Positions 44,372 through 54,277 of a DNA stretch of 64,000 nt are shown here, piece after piece (the stretch's first letter is position 1; the number at the start of each line of letters is the position of its first letter). Where the stretch lies: positions 31,790 through 95,789 of IMG/VR virus record IMGVR_UViG_3300045135_002242, one strand, 5' to 3'. The DNA comes from a virus. The translations under genes and the position numbers were made by a program. Under the pieces are notes generated by a model that did not search any database, was not told where the DNA came from, and worked only from the letters and a program-made list of their open reading frames with translations.

Positions 44372-44731
44372 TTAAGTGTACCCTGGGTCCATATTGTTAT
44401 TTCTGGCAGTTGCGGCCCCTAAATAATCGTTTACTGCATCATATACACCAGAGTCTTGCGTAGGCATCCAGTTTCTAGCGGCTACTGCGTAGTCACTTTC
44501 AGAAGGTTGTCTACCTGTCATAGTGTCCAGTTCATCAAGTGTGCGTTGTCTATCATAATCAAACTTTGTAGGAGAAAACTCAGAAACAAGTTTATTAATC
44601 CTATTTTGCTCTTTTATAGAAAGGGCTTGTTGTACTGCTTGCTCCGTAAGCATGTCCCGTTCCATAGCATCCAGTATTTGTGCTTTTTGGGCATTGATTT
44701 GATTCTGTTTGGCTTTTTCGATATAGCTCAT
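44372..44731 (-). CDS. Hypothetical protein downstream of portal
   Basis: ATGA coupling with portal. Confidence 0.6.
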   Translation of the reverse strand: MSYIEKAKQNQINAQKAQILDAMERDMLTEQAVQQALSIKEQNRINKLVSEFSPTKFDYDRQRTLDELDTMTGRQPSESDYAVAARNWMPTQDSGVYDAVNDYLGAATARNNNMDPGYT

Positions 44732-46725
44732 TCTACTACCCCAATGTTTTTATCTCCAGCATTTTGCTGTACTAGCATTTGCTCAAGGTTGGCTTTATGT
44801 TTAGCAAAGTCAGCTTCCATTCTTTGCGCATGTTTGCGATCTTCTCTTTCAACTTGCTCCAAATGAAGGAAACCCTCATCCTCTTTAATGAACTTAAGAT
44901 CGGTCATGTCTGCTTCGCTAATAAGTTTACGGGCTTTGGCTGCTTCCACAGCTGCCTTATTTTTCTTAAGCTCTGCGTCAATAGTGTTTTCGTTGGCCCT
45001 TGCCATTTTGTCAGAAATATCAGCCTTAAGCTTTTCATTTTCCAGAACTAGTCTCTCTAGCTCTAGACGTTTTAGTTCTTCTTGTACTGGGTCAGGTTGA
45101 GGTTCATATTCACGGATACGCTTAGCTTGTTCAGGCATCCGCATTAGTTCCATAATATCCGCCATAATGCTACGACGAATACTAGGATCTTCATTAGGCC
45201 CTAAAGTCTGCAGAAGGAAAGAAAGCTCTTGCGACTTAGCTGCATTATCTTCAGCGGTGGATATGCTAATATCTAGGTCGATGCGCCCCTCAAGATCGTC
45301 TTTTCTTACTGGTACGTACTCTTCGTTAGTAACACGCACAATTTCTTCGTCTTCTAAAAACTCTGCATTGTAGCTCATCCACTTTCGGATAAGAGGTTTA
45401 ACCAGATTTTCTGCAATGTTACGCACAATATTCATACGGCGAGTTGCAGTAGCATCTAAAGCGCCCCTAGCACCAGTGGCGGTGCTCCCTAAGCTGCCAG
45501 CGTTAATGCCACCACTAAAAGACTTAGTACCGGTAATAGACTCAATTTCATTGTTCATTAGCCCAATCATATCAAAAGCGGAGCCAGGGATGCTGTTATA
45601 GCTACCTTGCCAAAAGTCATTGGGTGTACCATTAAACTCAAAGTTATTACCGGCAATAAACTTTTTACGGTTAACTTGATCTAGGGCACCTTTACGTACA
45701 GCTACTTGTCCGTTATTGGACTGGGCCATGTTATCAATAATACCGCGAATAATGGCTGTTTTAACTTTCTGATTGTCACCAATCAACTCAGCGTTTGCTT
45801 CGCCATGAATCTTAAAGGGGATGCTATTAAAGGGTACTACAATAAAAGGGGGCTTACCATCAGGATAAGGGTTTGACTGCAAGCGGATAATAGTATCATC
45901 AATCCAAGAACACACGATAGGTTCAGCAATACCATCACCATTAATATCGTAGTTACCCCAGTACTCGTAAACAACCATTTTTTTACGAGGCTCATCTTCA
46001 AACTTAAAATAAGTAGGGTCAGTAGGGATATTGTAGTAATCGTAGTCGTTAGAACGGCCTGGTACAACTTTATCTAGGTTTTTGTACCTGCCATCTTTTT
46101 TCAGGGTAGATAAATCTGTTTCGTAACGGTAGATAACAAATTGAGCACTATCTAGGTCATCTTGGCAAGTTGGGTCTAAGTATACATCATGATTACGGCA
46201 CACTTTAGCAGTTGGTTGGTTTTTAACTACTACAGTTTCAGTTACCTCTTGCTCTACAATAACTTCCCTACCTTGATCATCTACTGCAATAGCTTCCGCT
46301 ACTGTAGTAACTTCTTTGTCTTCATAGTCCCAACCTGTTTGAATAACTAGGGTGCCTTCTTGGTCAAGTACCTTGACGGCTTTAGACATAAAGTTATAAC
46401 GATCGAATTTGCGACAAAACTGAGCATTAAGCAGTAATTCGTTTTGTCTAGCGGACAGCTCATCTTCAAAAGTAATAGGAGTACATTTAATAACGTCTGA
46501 TGTACTAACAAAGGGGTCTACAATAGTAGCGTGCTGCCACTCAGATTGTTTTTTAATATCCCTAGATACAATGGCGGACTTACCTTTTTGTTCGTTACCA
46601 TAAGGTTCGCCATTATACTCGGCACGCCACTTATAAATAGCCGTGTCCTGCTCCCTTTTAAGGATGTCTGCTGCTTTTAAATCAGCCTTTAGGGCGCTGA
46701 GTAAGGTAGATTTATTAATTTTCAT
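44728..46725 (-). CDS. Portal protein (N4 gp59-like)
   Basis: DIKKQSEWQ...DPF, VYEYWG.YDINGDG, ITGTKSFSGGI, ISTAEDN...ELSFLLQTLGPN. Confidence 0.9.
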   Translation of the reverse strand: MKINKSTLLSALKADLKAADILKREQDTAIYKWRAEYNGEPYGNEQKGKSAIVSRDIKKQSEWQHATIVDPFVSTSDVIKCTPITFEDELSARQNELLLNAQFCRKFDRYNFMSKAVKVLDQEGTLVIQTGWDYEDKEVTTVAEAIAVDDQGREVIVEQEVTETVVVKNQPTAKVCRNHDVYLDPTCQDDLDSAQFVIYRYETDLSTLKKDGRYKNLDKVVPGRSNDYDYYNIPTDPTYFKFEDEPRKKMVVYEYWGNYDINGDGIAEPIVCSWIDDTIIRLQSNPYPDGKPPFIVVPFNSIPFKIHGEANAELIGDNQKVKTAIIRGIIDNMAQSNNGQVAVRKGALDQVNRKKFIAGNNFEFNGTPNDFWQGSYNSIPGSAFDMIGLMNNEIESITGTKSFSGGINAGSLGSTATGARGALDATATRRMNIVRNIAENLVKPLIRKWMSYNAEFLEDEEIVRVTNEEYVPVRKDDLEGRIDLDISISTAEDNAAKSQELSFLLQTLGPNEDPSIRRSIMADIMELMRMPEQAKRIREYEPQPDPVQEELKRLELERLVLENEKLKADISDKMARANENTIDAELKKNKAAVEAAKARKLISEADMTDLKFIKEDEGFLHLEQVEREDRKHAQRMEADFAKHKANLEQMLVQQNAGDKNIGVVE

Positions 46726-46756
46726 AAGCTTATAGTACTCTTAAATTTGCGCTTTC

Positions 46757-46785
46757 ATTATAACAACTGATGTCTTTAGTGTCAA
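46757..46785 (-). promoter_or_regulatory. Consensus sigma70 promoter for the portal operon
   Basis: TTGACA-17 nt-TATAAT with extended -10 TG. Confidence 0.85.
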
Positions 46786-46816
46786 TTTAGTTAGTAATAA
46801 GGCCTAATACGTAAAC

Positions 46817-47143
46817 CTAGGTTTTTAGTAACCACCACAAAAACCCTGCAGCACCTGTAATTAAGGCTGTCCAAAAAACCTCAATTTTACTAATTACGTT
46901 AGTATTCTTATCTTGGACTTTTTCAATTTGCCTATTACGTTCTAGAAGATCTCCAATATTTTCTTCTTGCTTGTCTGCCCTAGATTCTAGAACCGCAATG
47001 TCTTTTTTAACACTAACAATTTCAAATTTTAAATCAGCCAGTTTTGCTACAGAGTCCGCCATAGATACCATAGAAGTAGTCATTACTTCCATTTTAGCCT
47101 CAAGTTTAATTACAGCATCTCTAATTTGTGTATCGTTACTCAT
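46817..47143 (-). CDS. Coiled-coil protein with C-terminal TM helix (lysis accessory/holin-like)
   Basis: Heptad pattern plus terminal hydrophobic helix; lies in the lysis cassette. Confidence 0.5.
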   Translation of the reverse strand: MSNDTQIRDAVIKLEAKMEVMTTSMVSMADSVAKLADLKFEIVSVKKDIAVLESRADKQEENIGDLLERNRQIEKVQDKNTNVISKIEVFWTALITGAAGFLWWLLKT

Positions 47144-47289
47144 GACACTTTCCCATTAAACTTAAAACTAGTGGAAATAACATAGTAAACCCTTAAATAT
47201 TTAATAAAGTAAATATAGGTATTATCCACTATCTACCCGAGGTAGATCAAGCTATTTCTATTAAAAGAGCTAAATATTTATTACATATG

Positions 47290-47670
47290 TCACGATTTAA
47301 AAGTACCTAATAAACCCCTAACAATTTCTGCAGGGGAGGGTATTAAAAACCCACACAGAAGGCCAAAAACTAGTATTAACCAAGTAGGTACCTCGTTAAC
47401 TACGACTGTATCTGCCCTTTCCGTAAGCACCTGTGAAGAATTATTAGACTGGTCTATAGTATTTACTTTTGCATCAGGTTTAACACTTACCGAAGAGGCT
47501 GTATTATTTGTAGTACCAAGAGTTTGGGAGTTTGTTTTTCCTGCTTGCACATTAGCTGCAACATTAGGACCTCCTCCGGCCAAAAAGCTTGGCAACTTAC
47601 TGCAACTAGGTGAGCTAACCAAAACTAGTAAAAGTAAAGGTAAGTAATGGTTATATGAAAATTTAAACAA
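47290..47670 (-). CDS. Putative lipoprotein, possible unimolecular spanin
   Basis: Signal peptide with Cys (SSPSCS), beta-rich middle, C-terminal TM helix. Confidence 0.5.
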   Translation of the reverse strand: MFKFSYNHYLPLLLLVLVSSPSCSKLPSFLAGGGPNVAANVQAGKTNSQTLGTTNNTASSVSVKPDAKVNTIDQSNNSSQVLTERADTVVVNEVPTWLILVFGLLCGFLIPSPAEIVRGLLGTFKS

Positions 47671-47717
47671 AACTAATTCCTTACTTCCTTTTCCTAAAGA
47701 CTGCGCACAGCAAAGTA

Positions 47718-47927
47718 TTACTCTGTTGTTTTCTTTTCTTTTGCCGTAGCGCTAAGGACAAGAGAAAGCACTGCTACACCTATCCCAGAATACATAATCC
47801 AGTCATTTTCTGCTATAAAACCTTTAGTAGTAAGGACACCACCGACAGTACTAAGAAGATGCCGAAACTGTCCAAAAACTACGGGGTTGCGAAGACGATT
47901 AATCACGTGTTTTACTTTATCAAGCAT
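47718..47927 (-). CDS. Putative holin (2 TM)
   Basis: RHLLSTVGGVL..KG pattern, basic tail, adjacent to the endolysin. Confidence 0.65.
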   Translation of the reverse strand: MLDKVKHVINRLRNPVVFGQFRHLLSTVGGVLTTKGFIAENDWIMYSGIGVAVLSLVLSATAKEKKTTE

Positions 47928-47928
47928 A

Positions 47929-48615
47929 TTATGCCTCATTGTATGAGATTTTAGTGTTGTTATGTTTCATATAAACTTTTTTTATGGGGCCTGAATAATT
48001 TAGTGACATACGGGCTGCAATAAGGCGAGATTTGGCTATACGAGTTACAGTAACCGCGTTACTTTGGTTGCCGCCTAAAACATAAAAATGTGTCTCATCT
48101 TCACCATAATAGAAACCGACATGCCCTTTCCAAGAACTGGGAGAGCCTCGCCAAAATACTAGGGTGGCTCCATAGCAAGGTGTAACTTCTTTACCCCACA
48201 GCTTCCAATTCTGCGCCCCAAGAGGGTTTTTAGGGAGTACGACAGAAGAGTCAGTAATACGGTGGCAGGTTGCAACAAAAGCGCCACACCAAGGAATTTC
48301 GCGAGGATCAATCCAACTAACGGACTTGTCGAACCAATCCACAAGCCGCGACGTGTCGCGCCCCTCGTGCAAACCCAGTACAGATAGGGCAGCATCCATG
48401 ACCTCACTGGATGATTCTCTGGAAGGCTCGGCGGCCCTACGGAGCGCCGCGTAAGTCAGTGGCCCCACGTACGGACGCGCACGGAAGCCTATAGATCGTT
48501 TGAACTCTACCACGGCGGCATCCGTGTTAGGGCCTCGCAGGCCGTCCAGCTTGCCGGGACTAAACCCAAGGCGTTTCAGCGTTTTTTGTACGAATAGCCA
48601 ATCAACTTTAGTCAA
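47929..48615 (-). CDS. Endolysin: PG-binding domain plus TIGR02594/CHAP-like amidase
   Basis: LGFSPGKLDGLRGPNT..AV..F; PWCGAFV, GHVGFY, LGGNQSNAV; start re-called at TTG 48615 after AAGGAG. Confidence 0.85.
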   Translation of the reverse strand: MTKVDWLFVQKTLKRLGFSPGKLDGLRGPNTDAAVVEFKRSIGFRARPYVGPLTYAALRRAAEPSRESSSEVMDAALSVLGLHEGRDTSRLVDWFDKSVSWIDPREIPWCGAFVATCHRITDSSVVLPKNPLGAQNWKLWGKEVTPCYGATLVFWRGSPSSWKGHVGFYYGEDETHFYVLGGNQSNAVTVTRIAKSRLIAARMSLNYSGPIKKVYMKHNNTKISYNEA

Positions 48616-48907
48616 GGGGTTTCTCCTTATGTAGGACGAAGAACAGAGTTTCTGTCCTGTCGTATATGACTTTGCCTGCACAGTTATAGTGCAAAACGAT
48701 ATGGATTCCAATTCTCCCAGGCCGCAGATTATCGGGCATGTCCAGAGACAGCCATATTGATCCAGGGACACTACCAACCTGAGAAATTGGGGCGATTTTG
48801 GGCCCACTTAACTTAAGACCGTCCCCACCTTCAAAGACGCTAGAACCCTCCACAAATACGCAGTTAAGGCCCCAAGGTGTTTGCCATAGGTGCCGTACCA
48901 AACCCAC
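48608..48907 (-). pseudogene. Probable 5'-truncated remnant of a pre-lysin gene
   Basis: Protein-like C-terminus overlapping the lysin start, no convincing RBS or start, upstream sequence scrambled. Confidence 0.4.
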
Positions 48908-48960
48908 AGATCTACCTATGTACCCATTGGGCTGCCAATATGAAAGATTTTACGGGTTTC

Positions 48961-49315
48961 GGCATGCTCAGTGCCCCTAATGTTAGCGTGTGGCGGAACA
49001 GGCACATCTTTCATCTTAACCCAGTTCGGATTTGACTGTTCCTTTTTGCATACCCTAAGTTTACCAAGAATTCCCAGCAAACCCTACTCTTTTCTTTCTT
49101 CACGTGGTGTGTACTCAAGCTCTTCATCGAAGTCAGGATTAAGCACTTTGTGCTCTTGCACAGTTCTATCGGCGTCTTCAGGCACGGTAATGTATCCGTT
49201 GTCCACATCAATCCGGTCTTCGACCCGTGCATCGGAAACGTTAATCTGCAGCACATCCCCCTAGTTTTCTCAGGCAATATACTTTAAATTCCGCTCGTAT
49301 TGTTGGTTGAGCCAT
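48961..49315 (-). pseudogene. Chimeric relic: T4-like neck protein gp13 N-terminus fused to a Peptidase_G2-like fibre chaperone tail
   Basis: MAQPTIRAEFKVYCLRKLG /frameshift/ DVLQINVSDARVEDRID..DNGYITVP, then LNPDFDEELEYTPREERKE*GLLGILGKLRV...NWVKMKDV. Confidence 0.65.
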
Positions 49316-49330
49316 TACTTTCTCCTATTA

Positions 49331-51727
49331 TCAGCATGCCATCAAAACACAAGGCACACAATATGATCCGTCATCATATTTAGCAGTCACATGAGTTGAG
49401 GTCACTTTTGCAATTGTGCAAGATCGGATAAGGTCATCGTCCTGTGGCATCGCCGTACCATCACCCGCGCTCATCAGAAGGTCGCCGCGCTGAACAGTTG
49501 TTCCTTCGGCAATACGGATGATAAAGTCGCCGGTCATGGCAATATTCATATCAGGATCATAGTTTCCGTCCTCATCTTGGTCCCAATTGACGAAAACACC
49601 TGCCACATTTTTGTCTCCAACAACGGAAGAAATTTCCATTTTGTTCAACTGTTCATTTTCTTCTGGTGTACCGTCTTCACCTATCCATTCACACATTTCA
49701 TCCAAGTTCGTCAGAACAGTTCCTTTTAGCAAGTTGTTGTTTGTCTGGCTTGAATCTGGCAATTGTGAAAATCTCGCCAAGTGTCCACCGTTATATGAAA
49801 CGGTTGTACCGGAAACAGAAATAGATCCTTCAATACTGCCTGCCGAACGGAAACGCATTAGTTGACCATCACTTGTCACGTTAATGTTACAGGTATAGTT
49901 TGCAGAGGAAATATTCAAGTTGCCGTTGGCAAGAATAGTTGCTCCGGTTACGTTGTTGGTTGCTGGATTGTTGTTTGTGGTATCAAAATATGCATCACCC
50001 TTCACGTCTACGCCATAGTCTCTGACGGCAAACGTTTCTGTCAGGGACGTTGCCACGCCCGAGGTGACATTCGCTTTAACTTGAAACCCAATTCTCGCGT
50101 CTGTGGTAGCATCCGTGTTAACTGTAATTCTACCAGCATTACCAGTTTGGTCTGGTACCCCGTGGTTGTGGTTGAATGCGATATTTGAGTTACCTTTGCC
50201 ATCGTTCAACGTAATTGCAACACTACCGCCAGAACCGACAACAAGATCGCCAGACATTGTGTCACCAGTGACGTTCACAAAACGGCTATCGGCTTCGGAT
50301 TCGGTATAATACCTTCCATCGTGGGTGTGGCTGTCATTTGCAACAGTTGCTGTAATAGTAATATTACCTAAGTTAGTCATAGTAGCTGAACCAGAAACAT
50401 CGCCTGAAAGCGTAACTACAGGGTCTGGTTTATTAGTTACATTTGCCCAGTCTAAGTAGTAGCTACCATGCTGACCGTCTAGTAGATCTGCGTCGAGTCC
50501 ACTACCAGAGCCATCTACAGTTTTAACTTCGGTTAAAATCTCAGCAGCGGTCTGATCAGCAGTAGCGCCTGCTTCAATACCATCAAGCTTAGCACCATCG
50601 ACTGAAACATCCCTACCATCTACTGTCCCTGTAGTAATTAGGTTAGGAACAGTGAGATCACCAGTCATGCTATCACCCGTGTTCTTCACGAAAGCATCAG
50701 CATTCTTCCAGTAGCTGTTAGCAGCATCCCAAATAATGGTTTCGCCATCAGAGACAGAAGTAATTAGAACATTATGGAGTTCTTCGAGTTCATACCCATT
50801 ACTAATCCTGACAAGGATAATACCCTCTGTGGCATGAGTTCGTACCACCCACCCAATATGAACTAGGTGGGCAGGAGAGTCGGGTTTAGTTGCTGTAAAA
50901 GTACCAGAGCTGCCTAACCAGATAGCCGCACCTTCAGTGAGCGATGAGGTATCAAGGCCATGCACTAAACCATTAGTAGTAACACGCCCTGTAGAGTTAT
51001 TAACAAAGGTTTCAGTAGCAATAGCAAAAGTAGTAGAAGAATCATTCTCATTACTGTTATCAGCAAGGTCAACAGTAGGTTTATCCCCTGAAGCCCCTGT
51101 TACCTTAACTACTGCACCATTATTAATGGTAGCTCCCGAAATGTTGCGTACGGGGTTACCAAGTTCTTGTCCAAACTGATAAGATACTCCATTACCAACA
51201 TCAAGAGAAATGGTTTGATTATCCACATTCCATGTTAGAGTGCCTTCTGTACCAGCACCCCCAGTAACTTTAATACTATCAGTAGTAAGGGAGGCATGAG
51301 TTACATTATCAGTATCACCGACACCCAAATTAGTTCTGGCTGTAGGGGCATCAGATGCTCCTGTACCACCATTAGCAACAGATAAAGCTGTACCTGACCA
51401 ATTACTATTATTAACTAGTGTCTGATTTTCAAGTAGGTATTCTAACAATCCAGCAGTAAGTCTAGAAGAAATCTTAGATCCTGCTGCCCAAGCTACTGCA
51501 GTAGTATTATCGTATCCACGAATAACAGTTAGAGTAGTTCCGGTAATATCTGTACATAAAACAATTTCATGCGCGGTATTAGTAGGATTAGACAAAGTTA
51601 AGTATACAGAATCACCTGCAGACAATACAGGAAACTCACTAACATCATTAACCTCGATAATGGTGCTTGCATTAGAAATTGCAGATACAATTGTAGTATC
51701 TGCATTATTTGCGTACTTAACTGCCAT
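49331..51727 (-). CDS. Tail fibre protein (mosaic) with C-terminal chaperone-like domain
   Basis: VANGGTGA, DGAKLDGIEAGATADQTA, DGSGSGLDADLLDG, HTHDGRYY; ends GDLLMSAGDG...YCVPCVLMAC. Confidence 0.85.
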   Translation of the reverse strand: MAVKYANNADTTIVSAISNASTIIEVNDVSEFPVLSAGDSVYLTLSNPTNTAHEIVLCTDITGTTLTVIRGYDNTTAVAWAAGSKISSRLTAGLLEYLLENQTLVNNSNWSGTALSVANGGTGASDAPTARTNLGVGDTDNVTHASLTTDSIKVTGGAGTEGTLTWNVDNQTISLDVGNGVSYQFGQELGNPVRNISGATINNGAVVKVTGASGDKPTVDLADNSNENDSSTTFAIATETFVNNSTGRVTTNGLVHGLDTSSLTEGAAIWLGSSGTFTATKPDSPAHLVHIGWVVRTHATEGIILVRISNGYELEELHNVLITSVSDGETIIWDAANSYWKNADAFVKNTGDSMTGDLTVPNLITTGTVDGRDVSVDGAKLDGIEAGATADQTAAEILTEVKTVDGSGSGLDADLLDGQHGSYYLDWANVTNKPDPVVTLSGDVSGSATMTNLGNITITATVANDSHTHDGRYYTESEADSRFVNVTGDTMSGDLVVGSGGSVAITLNDGKGNSNIAFNHNHGVPDQTGNAGRITVNTDATTDARIGFQVKANVTSGVATSLTETFAVRDYGVDVKGDAYFDTTNNNPATNNVTGATILANGNLNISSANYTCNINVTSDGQLMRFRSAGSIEGSISVSGTTVSYNGGHLARFSQLPDSSQTNNNLLKGTVLTNLDEMCEWIGEDGTPEENEQLNKMEISSVVGDKNVAGVFVNWDQDEDGNYDPDMNIAMTGDFIIRIAEGTTVQRGDLLMSAGDGTAMPQDDDLIRSCTIAKVTSTHVTAKYDDGSYCVPCVLMAC

Positions 51728-51737
51728 CAGTTATACC

Positions 51738-52169
51738 TTAAGAAATAGTTACAGTCCAGGCAATAGTAATAGTGTCATCGGCACCCTTGTTCACGACAGG
51801 GAACACTGTACGAGCCAGCATAGTGCCACCTGTATCAGCAGTAAACAGACCTGCTTCGGTAATAGCACCAGTACCATCACCGGCAAGCCAAGTACATTCA
51901 TAAGATACCTGAGCTCCTGAGTGGGTACCCCCAGAAGTAGTAAGAGCGTTACGGTCTAGTTCAGCTTCAAGAGCAGCATCGCCTACAGCCGCCGCAGTTG
52001 AACCAGTACCAACACCCATATGAGTGACAGGAACTACAGATCCACCCTGCAAGTTCTGTGCAACAAGTTCTTTACCAGAGGTAACAACTAAGTTTTTGAT
52101 ATCACGCACGACTTCACCGTTTACGGAGATAGTCAGTGCACCTGTTAGAGATAGCTTATCATTAAGCAT
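51738..52169 (-). CDS. Structural (tail/collar) protein
   Basis: KNLVVTSGK...MGVGTG...AITEAGLF...MLARTVF.VVNKG motif common in phage fibre clusters. Confidence 0.7.
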   Translation of the reverse strand: MLNDKLSLTGALTISVNGEVVRDIKNLVVTSGKELVAQNLQGGSVVPVTHMGVGTGSTAAAVGDAALEAELDRNALTTSGGTHSGAQVSYECTWLAGDGTGAITEAGLFTADTGGTMLARTVFPVVNKGADDTITIAWTVTIS

Positions 52170-52181
52170 TGATTTTCTCCT

Positions 52182-53849
52182 TTACCCGAAGGCGCTAGTG
52201 TTAAACGCATATGCGTTGAAAGTTGATGTAAATCCAAATAGTTGTACAACAGATGCTACATCACTAACTAAAAATACATCGGAAATAGGTTTGTTCTGCA
52301 TTATAACAGATTGTTCAAGTAAAATACAACCATCTTGGAGTACTTTATGAGCTGATGTAGCAAGAGAATCTACTACATAAGATACATTGAGTTTAGAGGC
52401 GTCAATAGCCCTAGCAGCAATTATAAAATCGTCTAATGCTACTGCGTCGTTAAAGCGTCTAATATACGACACTGTATAAGATGAGCTATCAGTAACTAGG
52501 GTGCTATCTGCTTTATGTAGCAACGAAGAAGTAATAGGTTGGTCATCAATAGTAGCAGCGTCAAAAGTAGTCTTATTAATAGATGTAACTAATTTATCAC
52601 CCGTAATAACCACATCATTATAAACAGCATGAAGAATTAGCATAAGAAGATCAGCCGTAAATACTGCATCTGCTGCTATCTTAGTAGAGTTTATACTATT
52701 ATTGTCAGAAGCAGTCATTACATCTTCTGGCATAGAAATAAATAGGGCTAGGGATATTAGATCTAGGGTGGTTATATCTTCTAGTAAGGTTTTCGTAGTA
52801 TCGATTGTATTATAGTCTAGATTACCAACAGTATCCCGCGTAGTTTTGTTGGTATCTACCTGCAAAGCATCCTCAATAGATGAGGTATCAAATAATGTAC
52901 GAATAAACTGCACAGTAACTGCAAATGCATCAGAGGTATAAGAGGAGTCGGCAAAATGCTTTCCTAGGACACTAGTTATATACTCTAGAGTAGTTACACT
53001 GTCTGGGGTTACTGATTTACTTAAACCTAGGGCTAGATTGTCGAAAGACGCAAGTGTTTCAAATAAGTTCTTACCAATATCTGTAATATACTCGTCTGTA
53101 ATAATAGTAGCATCTACTACAGGTTTAGTAAGTAATAGGTATTTTAAATCTTCAACAATACCAATATCCTGTAGTGGTTTTATTATTCCATAATTTGCCT
53201 TATCTTCTACAGCTGCTATATTGGTTTTAACCCCAGTATAGTGCTTATCTACAGAAGAAAAATCGTCTATTACTACATAATCAGCAAAGTTACGTACAAA
53301 TGTAACAGCTCTATGAACAGAGTCATTGGTAGTTACTGCATGTAATAAAGGTTTATTAGTGGCTAAACCAACCTTATCTTTTACTGCGATATAGTCTGCA
53401 TAAGCTTTGGATAATATAAATGTTGCCATATCAATAGCAATGCTAGTATCTTTAATTACTTTATTTAATGTTACTTCATTAAACTCTAGTATATCTACAA
53501 TATTATCAGCCGCTTGTTTGCTAAAAGCAAAACTAGAGGCGTCAGAAACGTCGTATAGGTCAGAAAGGGCTTTATCCGTTGTTACAATAAACTGTTCTAC
53601 TACTTGTGCTATTTCCCTAATAATTTGGTTCTTAGGGTGGGAATCAGACACAATACCCACTGCTTCTAATGAAGCATAAGAGATATCTTCTACTTCAATA
53701 TTAGAATGTTGTAGGTCAGCAACAAGTTTTGCGTATAAAGTTTCTGCAACTTCTACTGATGTATGCGTAACATCAGTAACAAGTTTTGCGTATAAAGTTT
53801 CTGCAACTTCTACTGATATATGCGTAACATCAGTAACTTTTAAGGACAT
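52182..53849 (-). CDS. Repeat-built fibre-like structural protein (about 19-aa period)
   Basis: Recurring K-x3-D-x5-D units; Asp/Thr/Val rich. Confidence 0.6.
   Translation of the reverse strand: MSLKVTDVTHISVEVAETLYAKLVTDVTHTSVEVAETLYAKLVADLQHSNIEVEDISYASLEAVGIVSDSHPKNQIIREIAQVVEQFIVTTDKALSDLYDVSDASSFAFSKQAADNIVDILEFNEVTLNKVIKDTSIAIDMATFILSKAYADYIAVKDKVGLATNKPLLHAVTTNDSVHRAVTFVRNFADYVVIDDFSSVDKHYTGVKTNIAAVEDKANYGIIKPLQDIGIVEDLKYLLLTKPVVDATIITDEYITDIGKNLFETLASFDNLALGLSKSVTPDSVTTLEYITSVLGKHFADSSYTSDAFAVTVQFIRTLFDTSSIEDALQVDTNKTTRDTVGNLDYNTIDTTKTLLEDITTLDLISLALFISMPEDVMTASDNNSINSTKIAADAVFTADLLMLILHAVYNDVVITGDKLVTSINKTTFDAATIDDQPITSSLLHKADSTLVTDSSSYTVSYIRRFNDAVALDDFIIAARAIDASKLNVSYVVDSLATSAHKVLQDGCILLEQSVIMQNKPISDVFLVSDVASVVQLFGFTSTFNAYAFNTSAFG
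53721..53837. repeat. 57-bp in-frame tandem duplication (1 mismatch)
   Basis: Encodes VTDVTH[I/T]SVEVAETLYAKL twice. Confidence 0.95.
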
Positions 53850-54277
53850 TAGTAGTCCTCACGCACAATAAAGCGTAGTTGTTTAAATACAGTAACAATA
53901 TCCCCATTACCGTATGTAACTTCTACCTCCCCTGTAAACTCGCCAGCAGTGTCTAATGCAGTACTAGTCCAACCCATAAATACGCTACCTTCGGTAGGAT
54001 CTCCGATAATAAACATATCTAATACTTCTTTAACCACAGAAGAACCTTTTGGTCGAAGCTTTAACTTTATAGTAGCACCTGTTAAATCAATAGGCGCCCA
54101 TGTAGAAGAATCTGTAGCATCTAGTACTGCACCGGTTGCAGCAGTATTGCTGTCTCTTAATGTCATGTTAACTTGAGGCAGCGTATCCCCACGTACCAGC
54201 TTAATAGCGTCATGAAAGGTTTCATATTGCTCTAGATTTACTGATGCGGTAGTAGAGCCTGTAGATAGTAATCCCAT
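53849..54277 (-). CDS. BppU-like adaptor protein
   Basis: IKLVRGDTLP...IDLTGAT...GEVEVTY...VREDY. Confidence 0.65.
   Translation of the reverse strand: MGLLSTGSTTASVNLEQYETFHDAIKLVRGDTLPQVNMTLRDSNTAATGAVLDATDSSTWAPIDLTGATIKLKLRPKGSSVVKEVLDMFIIGDPTEGSVFMGWTSTALDTAGEFTGEVEVTYGNGDIVTVFKQLRFIVREDY

Noticed and set aside
48616-48807. 64-aa N-terminal extension of the endolysin in the ORF track
   Set aside because: Overlaps another reading frame; a strong RBS with TTG at 48615 gives the natural start at the PG-binding domain.
49011-49277. 88-aa ORF on - strand and 97-aa ORF 48971-49264 on + strand
   Set aside because: Off-frame or antisense to the gp13/Peptidase_G2 relic, which carries the recognisable motifs.
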